Assembly (NCBI GenBank): GCA_002400985.2
Contig: NVRX02000004.1
Location: 114,245 to 178,244 of the forward strand
DNA: 64,000 bases
Direction: 5' to 3'
Source: Candidatus Wolfebacteria bacterium
Lineage (GTDB): Bacteria > Patescibacteriota > Minisyncoccia > Phycocordibacterales > Phycocordibacteraceae
This document shows positions 1 to 8,898 of the stretch, in pieces. Within the stretch, counting starts at the first letter, position 1. Each line of letters begins with the position of its first letter. Made by a program: the position numbers and the translations under genes. Below the pieces are notes generated by a model. It did no database searches and had not been told where the DNA came from. It was given only the letters and a program-made list of their open reading frames with translations.

Positions 1-226
1 GTGTTGGACACTTGGAAGCAGATACCGCTAAGAAAGCACAAAGAAAAGTGTTTAATTTCATTTCACGCATTGTGCCAAAAGAAAGGATTGGTATGCAAGT
101 GACAGATTATTCAACCGTTACTGTAGGCCCCAGCACCATATATATTTCTCCAATTAAAAACATCTCTGAAAACACAAATATTTTAGCCACCCTCATTACG
201 TAGGCTGAAAACGTAGATATTGTAGG

Positions 227-254
227 CCGCCCCTCATTACGTAGGGCGGTTTTC
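227..254 (+). terminator. Rho-independent terminator-like hairpin
   Basis: CCGCCC (227-232) pairs with GGGCGG (244-249) and is followed by TTTT (250-253). Confidence 0.45.
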
Positions 255-319
255 ATATAAATAAACCTTGTAAATATTACAATAAAAGATGTCCGCATTT
301 AAGGTTATAGTACTTACAT

Positions 320-478
320 ATGAAAACAAAAGAAGATCTTATAAAGGCAGGGCCAAGCATTGGAGTCGGGCTTCTTGCGGGAATAGGGCTTGGTATTGCA
401 TTTAATAACATAGGGCTTGGTATTGCATTTGGTCTCATTTTTGGTTCGGCGTATAGCCAAACTATTGGAAAGAAATAG
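320..478 (+). CDS. Small glycine-zipper membrane protein (52 aa), hypothetical
   Basis: ATG at 320 and TAG at 476-478. Translation: MKTKEDLIKAGPSIGVGLLAGIGLGIAFNNIGLGIAFGLIFGSAYSQTIGKK. It is below the ORF-track cutoff and has a Gly/Ile/Leu-rich TM-like core with an internal duplicated IGLGIAF. Confidence 0.35.
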   Translation: MKTKEDLIKAGPSIGVGLLAGIGLGIAFNNIGLGIAFGLIFGSAYSQTIGKK

Positions 479-521
479 ACATTTCCCCTTTACCTCCTAT
501 CTACGCTATAGTATTTACACT

Positions 522-1052
522 ATGTCAGGACACAATAAATGGTCAAAAATTAAACACAAGAAAGCTATTACTGATGGAAAGAGGAGTAAAGTTTTCTCAA
601 AATATGCAAAGCTTATTGCTGTTGCAAGCAAGGCAGCTGGTGGAGACATAACAGATCCCGGTCTTCGGGCAGTTATTGAAAACGCAAAATCGGAATCAAT
701 GCCAAAAGACAATATCGAGCGAGCTGTTGCAAAAGGAGTAGACAAAGATGCTGCGGACCTCGAGGCAATCACATACGAATTTTATGGACCTGGAGGATTA
801 GCCTTTTTAGTTGAGACACTTACCGACAACAGAAACAGAACTGCGCAAGAGATAAAACACCTGCTCTCTAAAAGAGGGCTTTCTCTTGGAGAACCAGGAT
901 CTGCTGCATGGGCATTTGAAAAACAAGGAATGGAATGGATACCAAAAAACCCAATGGATCTTCCCACAGAGTCTCTTGAATCATTTGAGGCTCTCTTGGA
1001 AGCACTAGAAGAACAAGACGATATACAAGATGTCTATCACAACAAATCATAA
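522..1052 (+). CDS. yebC: YebC/PmpR family DNA-binding regulator (short form, 176 aa)
   Basis: The N-terminus MSGHNKWSKIKHKKA..DGKRSKVF is the YebC signature. The start is taken at internal Met36 of ORF 417-1052. yebC-ruvC synteny is conserved. Confidence 0.85.
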   Translation: MSGHNKWSKIKHKKAITDGKRSKVFSKYAKLIAVASKAAGGDITDPGLRAVIENAKSESMPKDNIERAVAKGVDKDAADLEAITYEFYGPGGLAFLVETLTDNRNRTAQEIKHLLSKRGLSLGEPGSAAWAFEKQGMEWIPKNPMDLPTESLESFEALLEALEEQDDIQDVYHNKS

Positions 1053-1527
1053 AACTGTTTTAGCCTGTGACCCAGGATATGATCGACTGGGTATTGCTGT
1101 AATTACAGGATCTGTGCACAACCACGAGCTTCTTTACTCTGCGTGTGCACAGACGGATAAAAAAGACACCCTGTCTAAGAGGTTGGCTGATTTACATAAA
1201 GAACTTCTTCTGATACTTACAAAATATAAACCTGATGTTATTGCCGTGGAGAAACTTTTCTTTTCAACAAACAATAAAAAGAGTGCCCTTGCTGTAGCAG
1301 AATCTCGAGGAATGATTCTTACGCTTGCGGGTATACACAATATTCCTGTAATAGAACATTCTCCACAAGAAGTAAAAATTGCAGTTACTGGATATGGAAA
1401 CGCTACAAAAAAAGACGTTATTCTTATGACGAAACGTCTCATTTCAGGAATTAATCCCAAAGCGCTTGATGATGAATATGATGCTGTTGCACTGAGTATT
1501 TGTGCCCTTGCTTCCTATAGACCATAG
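1030..1527 (+). CDS. ruvC: Crossover junction endodeoxyribonuclease RuvC
   Basis: LACDPGYDRLGIAVI, AVEKLFF and DDEYDAVALSICA motifs (RuvC acidic catalytic residues). It follows yebC with a short overlap. Confidence 0.85.
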   Translation: MSITTNHKTVLACDPGYDRLGIAVITGSVHNHELLYSACAQTDKKDTLSKRLADLHKELLLILTKYKPDVIAVEKLFFSTNNKKSALAVAESRGMILTLAGIHNIPVIEHSPQEVKIAVTGYGNATKKDVILMTKRLISGINPKALDDEYDAVALSICALASYRP

Positions 1528-1580
1528 AAAATCTTTCTTTGTACGTTGTGTTTTCTCATAGTCCCCGATATTATTGAAAA

Positions 1581-3671
1581 ATGAAACATTTGAAGCTCTT
1601 GAGAACACACCACCAAAAAGTACTTGCCATTTTATTTGGCACAGGCTTTTTTATGTCTGGTGTTCTTATTTTGTGGATTGCCCTCCTCCCCACCCCAGAC
1701 CTAAATGCATTTGAAGAACGAAAAGTTATTCAATCAACAAAAATATATGACCGTACTGGAGAATTTCTTTTGTATGATTTGAGCCAAGATATCAAACGAA
1801 GTCTTGTTCCTCTTTCAGATATTTCTCCTTTCATTCAAAATGCGACTATTGCAATAGAGGATGATCGTTTTTATGAACATTTTGGTATTCGGCCAATATC
1901 ATTTGTCCGAGCACTTCTTGTAAATATTACAAAAGGATCTTTTGTTCAGGGAGGGTCAACTATTACCCAGCAAGTTGTTAAAAACTCTATTCTCACAAGA
2001 GAAAAGAGTATTACTAGAAAATTAAAGGAGTGGATTATCGCTGTAAAACTTGAGAGAGTGTATTCAAAAGACCAAATACTTTCTGTATATCTGAATGAGT
2101 CTCCGTATGGAGGAAATTTATATGGTGTTGAAGAAGCTTCTCGTGCGTTCTTTGGAAAAAGTGCAAACGACACAAGTATTGCTGAGGCGGCGTATCTTGC
2201 AGCGCTTCCAAAAGCACCAACATACTATTCTCCATACGGAAATAACAGAGAACGCCTGGAAGATAGAAAGGAAACCGTACTACTTCGAATGTTTGAACTT
2301 GGTTTCGTAACAGAGGAAGATTATAACGAAGCAATTGCAGAAGAAGTTGTTTTCTTACCGCGTGGAGACCAAAGTATTAAAGCTCCACACTTTGTTTTTT
2401 ATGTACAAGAAAAACTTGAGCGTCTATATGGACCAAGAGTTCTTGAAGAAGGAGGCTTCGCTGTAATAACAACACTTGATTTTGATCTACAGCAAAAAGC
2501 TGAAGAGATCGTGCTCCGATATGCTCTTGCGAACTCAGAGCGACACGATGCAGAGAACGCAGCACTTATTGCAATAGATCCTGCAACTGGAGAGATTTTA
2601 ACCATGGTTGGTTCTCGAGACTATTTTGACCCAGACATTGATGGAAACTTTAACATTGCACTTGCTGAGAGACAGCCCGGATCAACCTTTAAGCCTTTTG
2701 TATACGCACAAGCATTAAAAGAAGGATTTACGCGAGATACTATTCTTTTTGATCTTCCCACTCAATTCTCGGCACGTTGTGATTCAGATGTATTTAACAG
2801 TGATGACGGATGTTATTCACCAAGTAACTATGACGACATTTTTAGAGGCCCAATGAAGCTCATTGATGCTCTCGCTCAATCGGTAAACGTTCCTGCTGTA
2901 AAACTTCTATACCTTGTTGGTATTCAAGATGTTATAAACCTTTCTTCAAGAATGGGTCTTACTACTCTTGTTGATCCAGCACGATATGGACTTTCTCTTG
3001 TTCTTGGAGGTGGAGAAGTTCGTCTTCTTGATATGACAAGCGCATACAGTGTTTTTGCAAATAAAGGTGTGCGAAATGATACTGTTTCTATTTTAGAAGT
3101 GCGAGACAAAAATAATACTGTTATATACCAACCAAAATATTCTCCCCGAACAGTTCTTGAAGAAAGTGTTGCCGCAGAACTAAACTATATGCTTTCAAAT
3201 AATGTTGCTCGTACTCCAGCATTTGGTGTAAATTCCCCTCTTTATTTCCCGGGATATGATGTTGCGGCAAAAACAGGAACAACCAATGATTACAGGGATG
3301 CTTGGATTATTGGATACACACCAAATATTGCAGTTGGTGCGTGGGCTGGAAACAATGACAATAGACCTATGGATAAAAAAGTTGCTGGTTTTATTATTGC
3401 TCCGTTGTGGAATGAGTTTATGAGAGAAGCTCTTCTTACTCGGCCTAAATCATTCTTTGGAGAGATTCCTGAAATACCTTCTGATCTTAAACCTATATTA
3501 CGAGGTGTGTGGAGTGTAGAAAACACAAACAACATTCCGTTTGTCCACTCTATTCTTCATTATGTTGAAAAATCAAACCCTAGAGGACCTCAACCTCTTG
3601 TTCCTGGAAATGATTCTCAATACGGACACTGGGAATTCTCAGTACAAAAATGGTTATTGGGTGAAGTTTAG
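1581..3671 (+). CDS. Class A penicillin-binding protein (glycosyltransferase + transpeptidase)
   Basis: N-terminal TM segment. GT51 motifs EDDRFYEHFGIRP and GGSTITQQVVKN. Transpeptidase motifs PGSTFKP (SxxK) and KTGTT. Confidence 0.9.
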   Translation: MKHLKLLRTHHQKVLAILFGTGFFMSGVLILWIALLPTPDLNAFEERKVIQSTKIYDRTGEFLLYDLSQDIKRSLVPLSDISPFIQNATIAIEDDRFYEHFGIRPISFVRALLVNITKGSFVQGGSTITQQVVKNSILTREKSITRKLKEWIIAVKLERVYSKDQILSVYLNESPYGGNLYGVEEASRAFFGKSANDTSIAEAAYLAALPKAPTYYSPYGNNRERLEDRKETVLLRMFELGFVTEEDYNEAIAEEVVFLPRGDQSIKAPHFVFYVQEKLERLYGPRVLEEGGFAVITTLDFDLQQKAEEIVLRYALANSERHDAENAALIAIDPATGEILTMVGSRDYFDPDIDGNFNIALAERQPGSTFKPFVYAQALKEGFTRDTILFDLPTQFSARCDSDVFNSDDGCYSPSNYDDIFRGPMKLIDALAQSVNVPAVKLLYLVGIQDVINLSSRMGLTTLVDPARYGLSLVLGGGEVRLLDMTSAYSVFANKGVRNDTVSILEVRDKNNTVIYQPKYSPRTVLEESVAAELNYMLSNNVARTPAFGVNSPLYFPGYDVAAKTGTTNDYRDAWIIGYTPNIAVGAWAGNNDNRPMDKKVAGFIIAPLWNEFMREALLTRPKSFFGEIPEIPSDLKPILRGVWSVENTNNIPFVHSILHYVEKSNPRGPQPLVPGNDSQYGHWEFSVQKWLLGEV

Positions 3672-3687
3672 AATTCTTTTTTCAATA

Positions 3688-4782
3688 CTAACGATTCATT
3701 GGCATAACAATATACACAAACGAAGTGTCTCCAATACCTTGAATACGTAGAGGTTTTCCGGGACCAGCAAAGGATAATTGTGTACTGTCTGACTGTATAA
3801 CTCCATATACATCAGATATATATTTATGATTAAAGTTTATTGCCATATCATCTCCCTCAAGAGCCGCTTGTACTGTTTCTATTGTCTCTCCAATATCCAT
3901 ATTTTGAGCAAGAAGAATGAATTTTTTCTCTTTTGGAGAAACATCAATAGAAACCTTTGAAAAACTATCACTAAATATTGCGATCTTTTTTAAAGCATCA
4001 AGAATATCTTGGGTAAGAATAGTTGCGTGAGTGACATAACTCTTTGGAAGAATTTGTGTATAGTCCGGAAAATTTCCTGTAGTTAATCTAGACGTTATAA
4101 ATCTACTTCCGGTATCAAACGTAACGTTATGTTCATCTAATGAAACAGATACTGTTTCTTCTCCATCTAAAATAGTTAATATGTCTGGAATATTTCTTGC
4201 AGGAATAAGTATTGGATCAAATTCATTACTTTTCTCTAAGGGAACCTTTTTTTCAGCAAGTCTAAATGAGTCTGTTGCAACACTTATAAGGCCTTCTTCT
4301 GTTCCTTTGAGGAAAACAGAAGCTAGCTCGGGTCTAATCATCGAAGGAGAAGCACAAAATGCCACGCTATTAAAACTTTGACTCAATTTAAGAGCAGGTA
4401 TTGTAAATGTGTTTCCACTTGCTTTAGGGAGCGTAGGGAAGTCCTCAGCAGATATTGTTTTTATTTTAGTTGACCCAAACTTTGTTTTTGCAGTAAGAAT
4501 ATCTCCATCACCTTTTAATGAAAGTACTCCATCACCTTTTAACGTACTTACGAAGCTTGTAAGTACTGCTGCAGGTATTGCAATTACTCCCTCCTCAGTA
4601 ACTTTTCCTGGAAGAGTATATTCAATTCCAACTTCAAGGTTTGTTGAACGAACTTTTACTTTATTATTTTTAGCACTAAGAACAATACAACCAAGTACAG
4701 ATAGTTGAGGATTTTTTTGTACAACGCGTGATACGCTCCTCACTGCGTTTTGTATATCCCTGTGTTTAATTTCTATATACAT
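3688..4782 (-). CDS. dnaN: DNA polymerase III beta sliding clamp
   Basis: 364 aa and immediately downstream of dnaA. Clamp-like three-domain length, with a C-terminus ..YIVMPMNR typical of DnaN. Confidence 0.9.
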   Translation of the reverse strand: MYIEIKHRDIQNAVRSVSRVVQKNPQLSVLGCIVLSAKNNKVKVRSTNLEVGIEYTLPGKVTEEGVIAIPAAVLTSFVSTLKGDGVLSLKGDGDILTAKTKFGSTKIKTISAEDFPTLPKASGNTFTIPALKLSQSFNSVAFCASPSMIRPELASVFLKGTEEGLISVATDSFRLAEKKVPLEKSNEFDPILIPARNIPDILTILDGEETVSVSLDEHNVTFDTGSRFITSRLTTGNFPDYTQILPKSYVTHATILTQDILDALKKIAIFSDSFSKVSIDVSPKEKKFILLAQNMDIGETIETVQAALEGDDMAINFNHKYISDVYGVIQSDSTQLSFAGPGKPLRIQGIGDTSFVYIVMPMNR

Positions 4783-5023
4783 AAGTTATTATTGTTATTA
4801 CTACTGTGGAAAGGTGGAAAAGTTAATTATATTCAGCTGCCCTGCCCTGCTTCAAACCCCCTGACTGTGGATAGTCTTGTTGAAGCAAAAAATATTTTTG
4901 TGGATAAGAAAAGGTTTTTACTATTTGATGTGGATAAGGGTGTTTTTGTCACCAGGTTATCCTCACTTTTTTTATTTCTTATCCACAAAGAGTTACTCAC
5001 AGTTTCCACAAGTATATCCACAC
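4783..5023. promoter_or_regulatory. Predicted oriC: DnaA-box cluster in the dnaA-dnaN spacer
   Basis: Perfect TTATCCACA/TGTGGATAA boxes at 4899-4907, 4929-4937 and 4979-4987. One-mismatch boxes at 4866-4874, 4957-4965 and 5014-5022. An AT-rich tract lies at about 4771-4800. Confidence 0.7.
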
Positions 5024-6379
5024 TTATACAAGTAGTCCCCGTACCTGATCTATCTCTTCACCAAGAACGGTATCAGTAAGAAGTTCTCTCTTTATCTTCT
5101 CACACGAATGAATAACTGTTGTGTGGTCTCTTCCTCCCATCTTACTCCCTATTGTTGGATAGGAAACACTGAAATCCTCTCGGAGAATGTACATGATTAC
5201 CTGTCTGGGGCGTACAATCTCCCTCCTTCGTGTTTTTTCATAAATGCTTTCCTCATCAATACCGTAGAACTCAGCAATTTTAGAGACAATATTTTTAACA
5301 GAAATAGAACGTTGAGGCTTACTTATTGTTTTAAGTATATTCTTTATTTCTGTCAGATTGGGAATCTCCCCCTTTAATTGTGAGTGACACACAATACTGT
5401 TGAGTATCCCCTCCAACTCTCGAATACTTCCCTTTGCTGTTGTAGCAATAAACTCAATAGTTTCTTGAGGAAGAACAATACCGTGTACTGTAGCCTTCTT
5501 TCGAAGAATAGATATTCTAGAGTCAGTATCTGGTTCTCCAATATCAACAATCATTCCCATAGAGAAGCGTGTTTGAAGCCTGTTTGCTAATTCAGGTATG
5601 TGATTAGGGTTTTTGTCTGACGAGAAAACAATTTGTTTATTGTTGTCGTGTAGGTAGTTAAACAAATGGAATAGTTCTTCTTGTGTTTTTTCCATCTTTG
5701 CCATGAATTGAATATCGTCCATGATAAGAAGATCATATTGACGATACTTCTCTCTAAATCTTTTCGCAGTACCGTTTGCTACTGAAGATTGAAATTCATG
5801 CACAAACTTTTCAGAAGCCAGATAAAACACTTTTCTATTTGGATACAGTCTTTTATACTCGTTTCCAACCGCTTGAATCAAATGAGTCTTTCCCCTACCA
5901 GTGTCACCATATATAAACAGTGGATTATAGGTGATTCCTGGGCGCTTTACCGCTGCTTGAGATGCTGCGTATGCAAGCTCATTAAAAGAGCCCACAACAA
6001 ACGAGTCAAACGTATATCGTGGGTTTAGATTGTCACTCTTGTTTATGTAGTACTGCTCAAGAGGAAGCTCCCCTGTTGCATTCTTTGTTTTGTATGATTT
6101 ATCTGCATGTCTTCTCTTTTCATCTCGCACAATAATGTATTCAACATTCCGTAGGTTTTCACTTACCCCAAGAACAATTTGAAGAATAAGTTTGTGGAAT
6201 TTTTTTATGTACCAATCTTTAAAAAACTGACTGGGTACTCCTATATAGACAACACTGTCATCTATCCGTACAATACCGCTGTCTTTAAACCAAGTGTTGA
6301 AATTTGCGGAAGAGATGGATAGTTCAACTTGAGCCAGTATCTTCTCCCAAAGTTCGCGCGTATCAATCTGAGTATTCAT
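5024..6379 (-). CDS. dnaA: Chromosomal replication initiator DnaA
   Basis: AAA+ Walker A GDTGRGKTHL, Walker B LLIMDDIQF, and a C-terminal DnaA-box binding domain (..GGRDHTTVIHSCEKI). Confidence 0.95.
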   Translation of the reverse strand: MNTQIDTRELWEKILAQVELSISSANFNTWFKDSGIVRIDDSVVYIGVPSQFFKDWYIKKFHKLILQIVLGVSENLRNVEYIIVRDEKRRHADKSYKTKNATGELPLEQYYINKSDNLNPRYTFDSFVVGSFNELAYAASQAAVKRPGITYNPLFIYGDTGRGKTHLIQAVGNEYKRLYPNRKVFYLASEKFVHEFQSSVANGTAKRFREKYRQYDLLIMDDIQFMAKMEKTQEELFHLFNYLHDNNKQIVFSSDKNPNHIPELANRLQTRFSMGMIVDIGEPDTDSRISILRKKATVHGIVLPQETIEFIATTAKGSIRELEGILNSIVCHSQLKGEIPNLTEIKNILKTISKPQRSISVKNIVSKIAEFYGIDEESIYEKTRRREIVRPRQVIMYILREDFSVSYPTIGSKMGGRDHTTVIHSCEKIKRELLTDTVLGEEIDQVRGLLV

Positions 6380-6387
6380 AACTATGT

Positions 6388-6393
6388 ATTATA
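6388..6393 (-). promoter_or_regulatory. -10 box TATAAT, 8 nt upstream of the dnaA ATG (leaderless-type promoter)
   Basis: The coding strand reads TATAAT-acatagtt-ATG (ATG at 6379). Confidence 0.4.
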
Positions 6394-6478
6394 AAGATAT
6401 ATACAAAAGTTTAAAGGTCTGGAGGAAACCTAGAGTAATTGCCATTTTAACAACAACCTGTTAATATCCTGTGGATAT

Positions 6479-6622
6479 ATGCCTAAAAGAACCTATCAAC
6501 CAAAGAAACGTAAGCGAGCAACAACGCACGGGTTTTTAGCGCGTTCAGCTTCTTCAAACGGTAAAAACATACTAAAAGCGCGGCGTCGAAAAGGACGAGC
6601 AAGTCTTTCAGTGTCTAAATAA
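6479..6622 (+). CDS. rpmH: 50S ribosomal protein L34
   Basis: Hand translation gives [47 protein letters not shown] (47 aa). It is absent from the ORF track because it is under 60 aa. TAATG overlap with rnpA. Confidence 0.9.
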   Translation: MPKRTYQPKKRKRATTHGFLARSASSNGKNILKARRRKGRASLSVSK

Positions 6623-6933
6623 TGCTTACAAAGAATCAACGACTTTCTCGCGACGAATTTACTGCGGTGTTTGAAAGTGGTACACGCATCCATGGAGATG
6701 CGTTTACTCTTGTGCTTTCCCCTACAACGGCTCTGCCAAAGGCTTCTACGGTAGTTTCAAAGAAGATTGCAGGAGGAGTTATTGCACGAAACCTCCTTAA
6801 AAGAAGGTTGTACAATGTGCTAAAAACAAATCTCTCACAAGATAGTATTCTTATAGCAAAGAAGGCTATAAAGGACAAAAAGTTTTCAGAATTATTAGAA
6901 GAGTACAAAAAACTACTAGAAAAGAGTAAATAA
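6622..6933 (+). CDS. rnpA: Ribonuclease P protein component
   Basis: The KNQRLSRDEF..F N-terminus is typical of RnpA. It sits in the rpmH-rnpA-yidC gene order. Confidence 0.85.
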   Translation: MLTKNQRLSRDEFTAVFESGTRIHGDAFTLVLSPTTALPKASTVVSKKIAGGVIARNLLKRRLYNVLKTNLSQDSILIAKKAIKDKKFSELLEEYKKLLEKSK

Positions 6934-6949
6934 GGTAAAATACACCACT

Positions 6950-7714
6950 ATGTTTTCAAATATTTTTCACGCAATAGCATACGATCCAATTTATAACTTT
7001 CTGGTGTTCCTTGTGGATATCATTCCTGGCGGGAGTGTTGGAGTTGCTGTTATTTTAGCTACTGTTGTTGTAAAAATCATTCTCTTCCCTCTTTCTCTTT
7101 CTGCTGTACGTACTCAAATGGTCTTAAAAACAGTACAGCCAAAAATAAAAGAGGTACAAGATAGGCTAAAAGATAAAAAAGAAGAAATGGCAAAGGAGCT
7201 AATGGCTTTATATAAAAAGTACAAAATAAATCCCTTCTCTTCTCTACTTTTGTTTATTATTCAAATTCCAATAATTATTGCACTATATTTGGTTTTCTTG
7301 CGCGAAGCATTTCCAGTAATAAATACAGATATACTATACTCATTCGTCCCTATTCCTGAGCTAATAAACCTTGATTTCTTTGGGTTTATTACGGTTACAG
7401 ACAGAAGTATCGTGCTTGCTCTTCTTGCCGGAATAACACAATTCTTTCAAGTTCGTTTTGCTATGCCAGCACCTGGCCCACGAAAGAAAGATGCAACAAT
7501 GAAGGAAGACATGGTTCGAAACCTTCAACTCCAGCTACGGTTTATGATGCCAGTTCTTATTACCATCTTCGCGTACATGATTTCAGCGGTTGTTGCTCTG
7601 TACTTCATTACAAGCAACCTATTTGCTATAGGGCAAGAACTCTACATGCGACAAACAGTAAAGAAGGAAAAGAAAGAAGAAGAGATTGCTACTGCCGAAG
7701 TAAAAGAAGTTTAA
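6950..7714 (+). CDS. yidC: Membrane protein insertase YidC (short, monoderm type)
   Basis: Multi-TM protein of 254 aa with a basic Lys/Glu-rich C-terminal tail. Position after rnpA. Confidence 0.88.
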   Translation: MFSNIFHAIAYDPIYNFLVFLVDIIPGGSVGVAVILATVVVKIILFPLSLSAVRTQMVLKTVQPKIKEVQDRLKDKKEEMAKELMALYKKYKINPFSSLLLFIIQIPIIIALYLVFLREAFPVINTDILYSFVPIPELINLDFFGFITVTDRSIVLALLAGITQFFQVRFAMPAPGPRKKDATMKEDMVRNLQLQLRFMMPVLITIFAYMISAVVALYFITSNLFAIGQELYMRQTVKKEKKEEEIATAEVKEV

Positions 7715-8895
7715 AGGTCAAACCCCCAAAGACTCCCGTCTCGTCTATTTATAAAGGTTAGGTATTCTTCATCAGAATCTATTGAAAGGTTTATTCCGTC
7801 AAATGGTCCACTTTCATCAAAGAAGGCAATAGCTTGTGCTGATCCTTCGTCTACAAAAATACGCCACAAGGAGTCATTAAATGAAACATATCCTTGGTAC
7901 CAGTGTTCAGGATAGTTTGCAGGGGGCACAATTTCAGGAACCATACAGTATGCTGTTGTTTCGCTTGCCCACACACACTTCTCAGGAAGTATAGAAAGAG
8001 GGAGGGGTCTCATATCTCCTGTTTCTCTGCTATATATAGAAGACATAAAGCTTCTGTCTGTAGATTCGCTAAAGATAACGTAATCTCCTGTTTTGTTTGG
8101 GAGAGCCGTAAGACCATTTTTGTTTCCAAGAATTCTTTGCTGTGTTTCATTTTCATAAAAATACAGTGCGCCAGCAAGTGAACTTGCTGGTTTTGTAAGC
8201 ACAGCAACAAAAGATTCTGCAAAAACAGGAACAGTAAAACTTAGAAGATTTGTTTCAAAAGATGACCTTTCTTCTCTTCCCTCATTGTTAAGGATAAATC
8301 CTTCACTTCCTCTGTCAGTAGAAGATACGGTAAGTAGAGAGTTGTCAGAGGTTTGAGTGGAAGGAAGATCAATATCTAAATATGACCCGACAAGAGAGCC
8401 ATCAACAATTTCTCCGAGGTATGTTTCTATTTCTCCATCTCCATTTATATATCGAAACACTAATTTGTTTGGATCGGTAAACCACCCCACCTCTTGGATT
8501 CCAGGAAATGTTGTATTGGATATTCTTTCAGATACATTTTCTTCTGGAGAATAAGAAAAGACATGCCCTGTCTGTTTGTCGACATACTGTACAAAAGTTG
8601 AGAGCCTTGCTTCTGTTGTGCTTCCTACTGCTACAAGTACTTCACTCGTGTATGCAGACGCACCAGCAACAGGGGCTTCATGTATTTGTGTAAGAGTCGT
8701 GCTCTCTTTTATGGGTGTACTGTCTACAACAAAATCAATGCTGTCGTCTTGAGTAATGGTTATTGGAGAACCGTCAAAATTGAATCCAGGATTTGCAGTT
8801 GTTGAGGAACCGTCTCGAAGTACAAAGAAATATACTCCACCGGCAAGGAGGATGAATATAAGAATGATGCTTAGGAATATTATTATTTTTTTCAT
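7711..8895 (-). CDS. Membrane-anchored extracytoplasmic protein, hypothetical (last gene of the VirB4 locus)
   Basis: N-terminal TM MKKIIIFLSIILIFILLAGGVYFFVL followed by about 360 aa of beta-rich sequence. It is translationally packed against the upstream gene (3-nt gap). Confidence 0.55.
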   Translation of the reverse strand: MKKIIIFLSIILIFILLAGGVYFFVLRDGSSTTANPGFNFDGSPITITQDDSIDFVVDSTPIKESTTLTQIHEAPVAGASAYTSEVLVAVGSTTEARLSTFVQYVDKQTGHVFSYSPEENVSERISNTTFPGIQEVGWFTDPNKLVFRYINGDGEIETYLGEIVDGSLVGSYLDIDLPSTQTSDNSLLTVSSTDRGSEGFILNNEGREERSSFETNLLSFTVPVFAESFVAVLTKPASSLAGALYFYENETQQRILGNKNGLTALPNKTGDYVIFSESTDRSFMSSIYSRETGDMRPLPLSILPEKCVWASETTAYCMVPEIVPPANYPEHWYQGYVSFNDSLWRIFVDEGSAQAIAFFDESGPFDGINLSIDSDEEYLTFINRRDGSLWGFDL

Positions 8896-8898
8896 AGT

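Noticed and set aside
1-203. An open frame entering from the left edge (..MQVTDYSTVTVGPSTIYISPIKN.., TAG at 201-203)
   Set aside because: It may be the 3' end of a gene starting outside the window. There is no recognisable motif and only a TTG start inside the window, so there is not enough evidence to call it.
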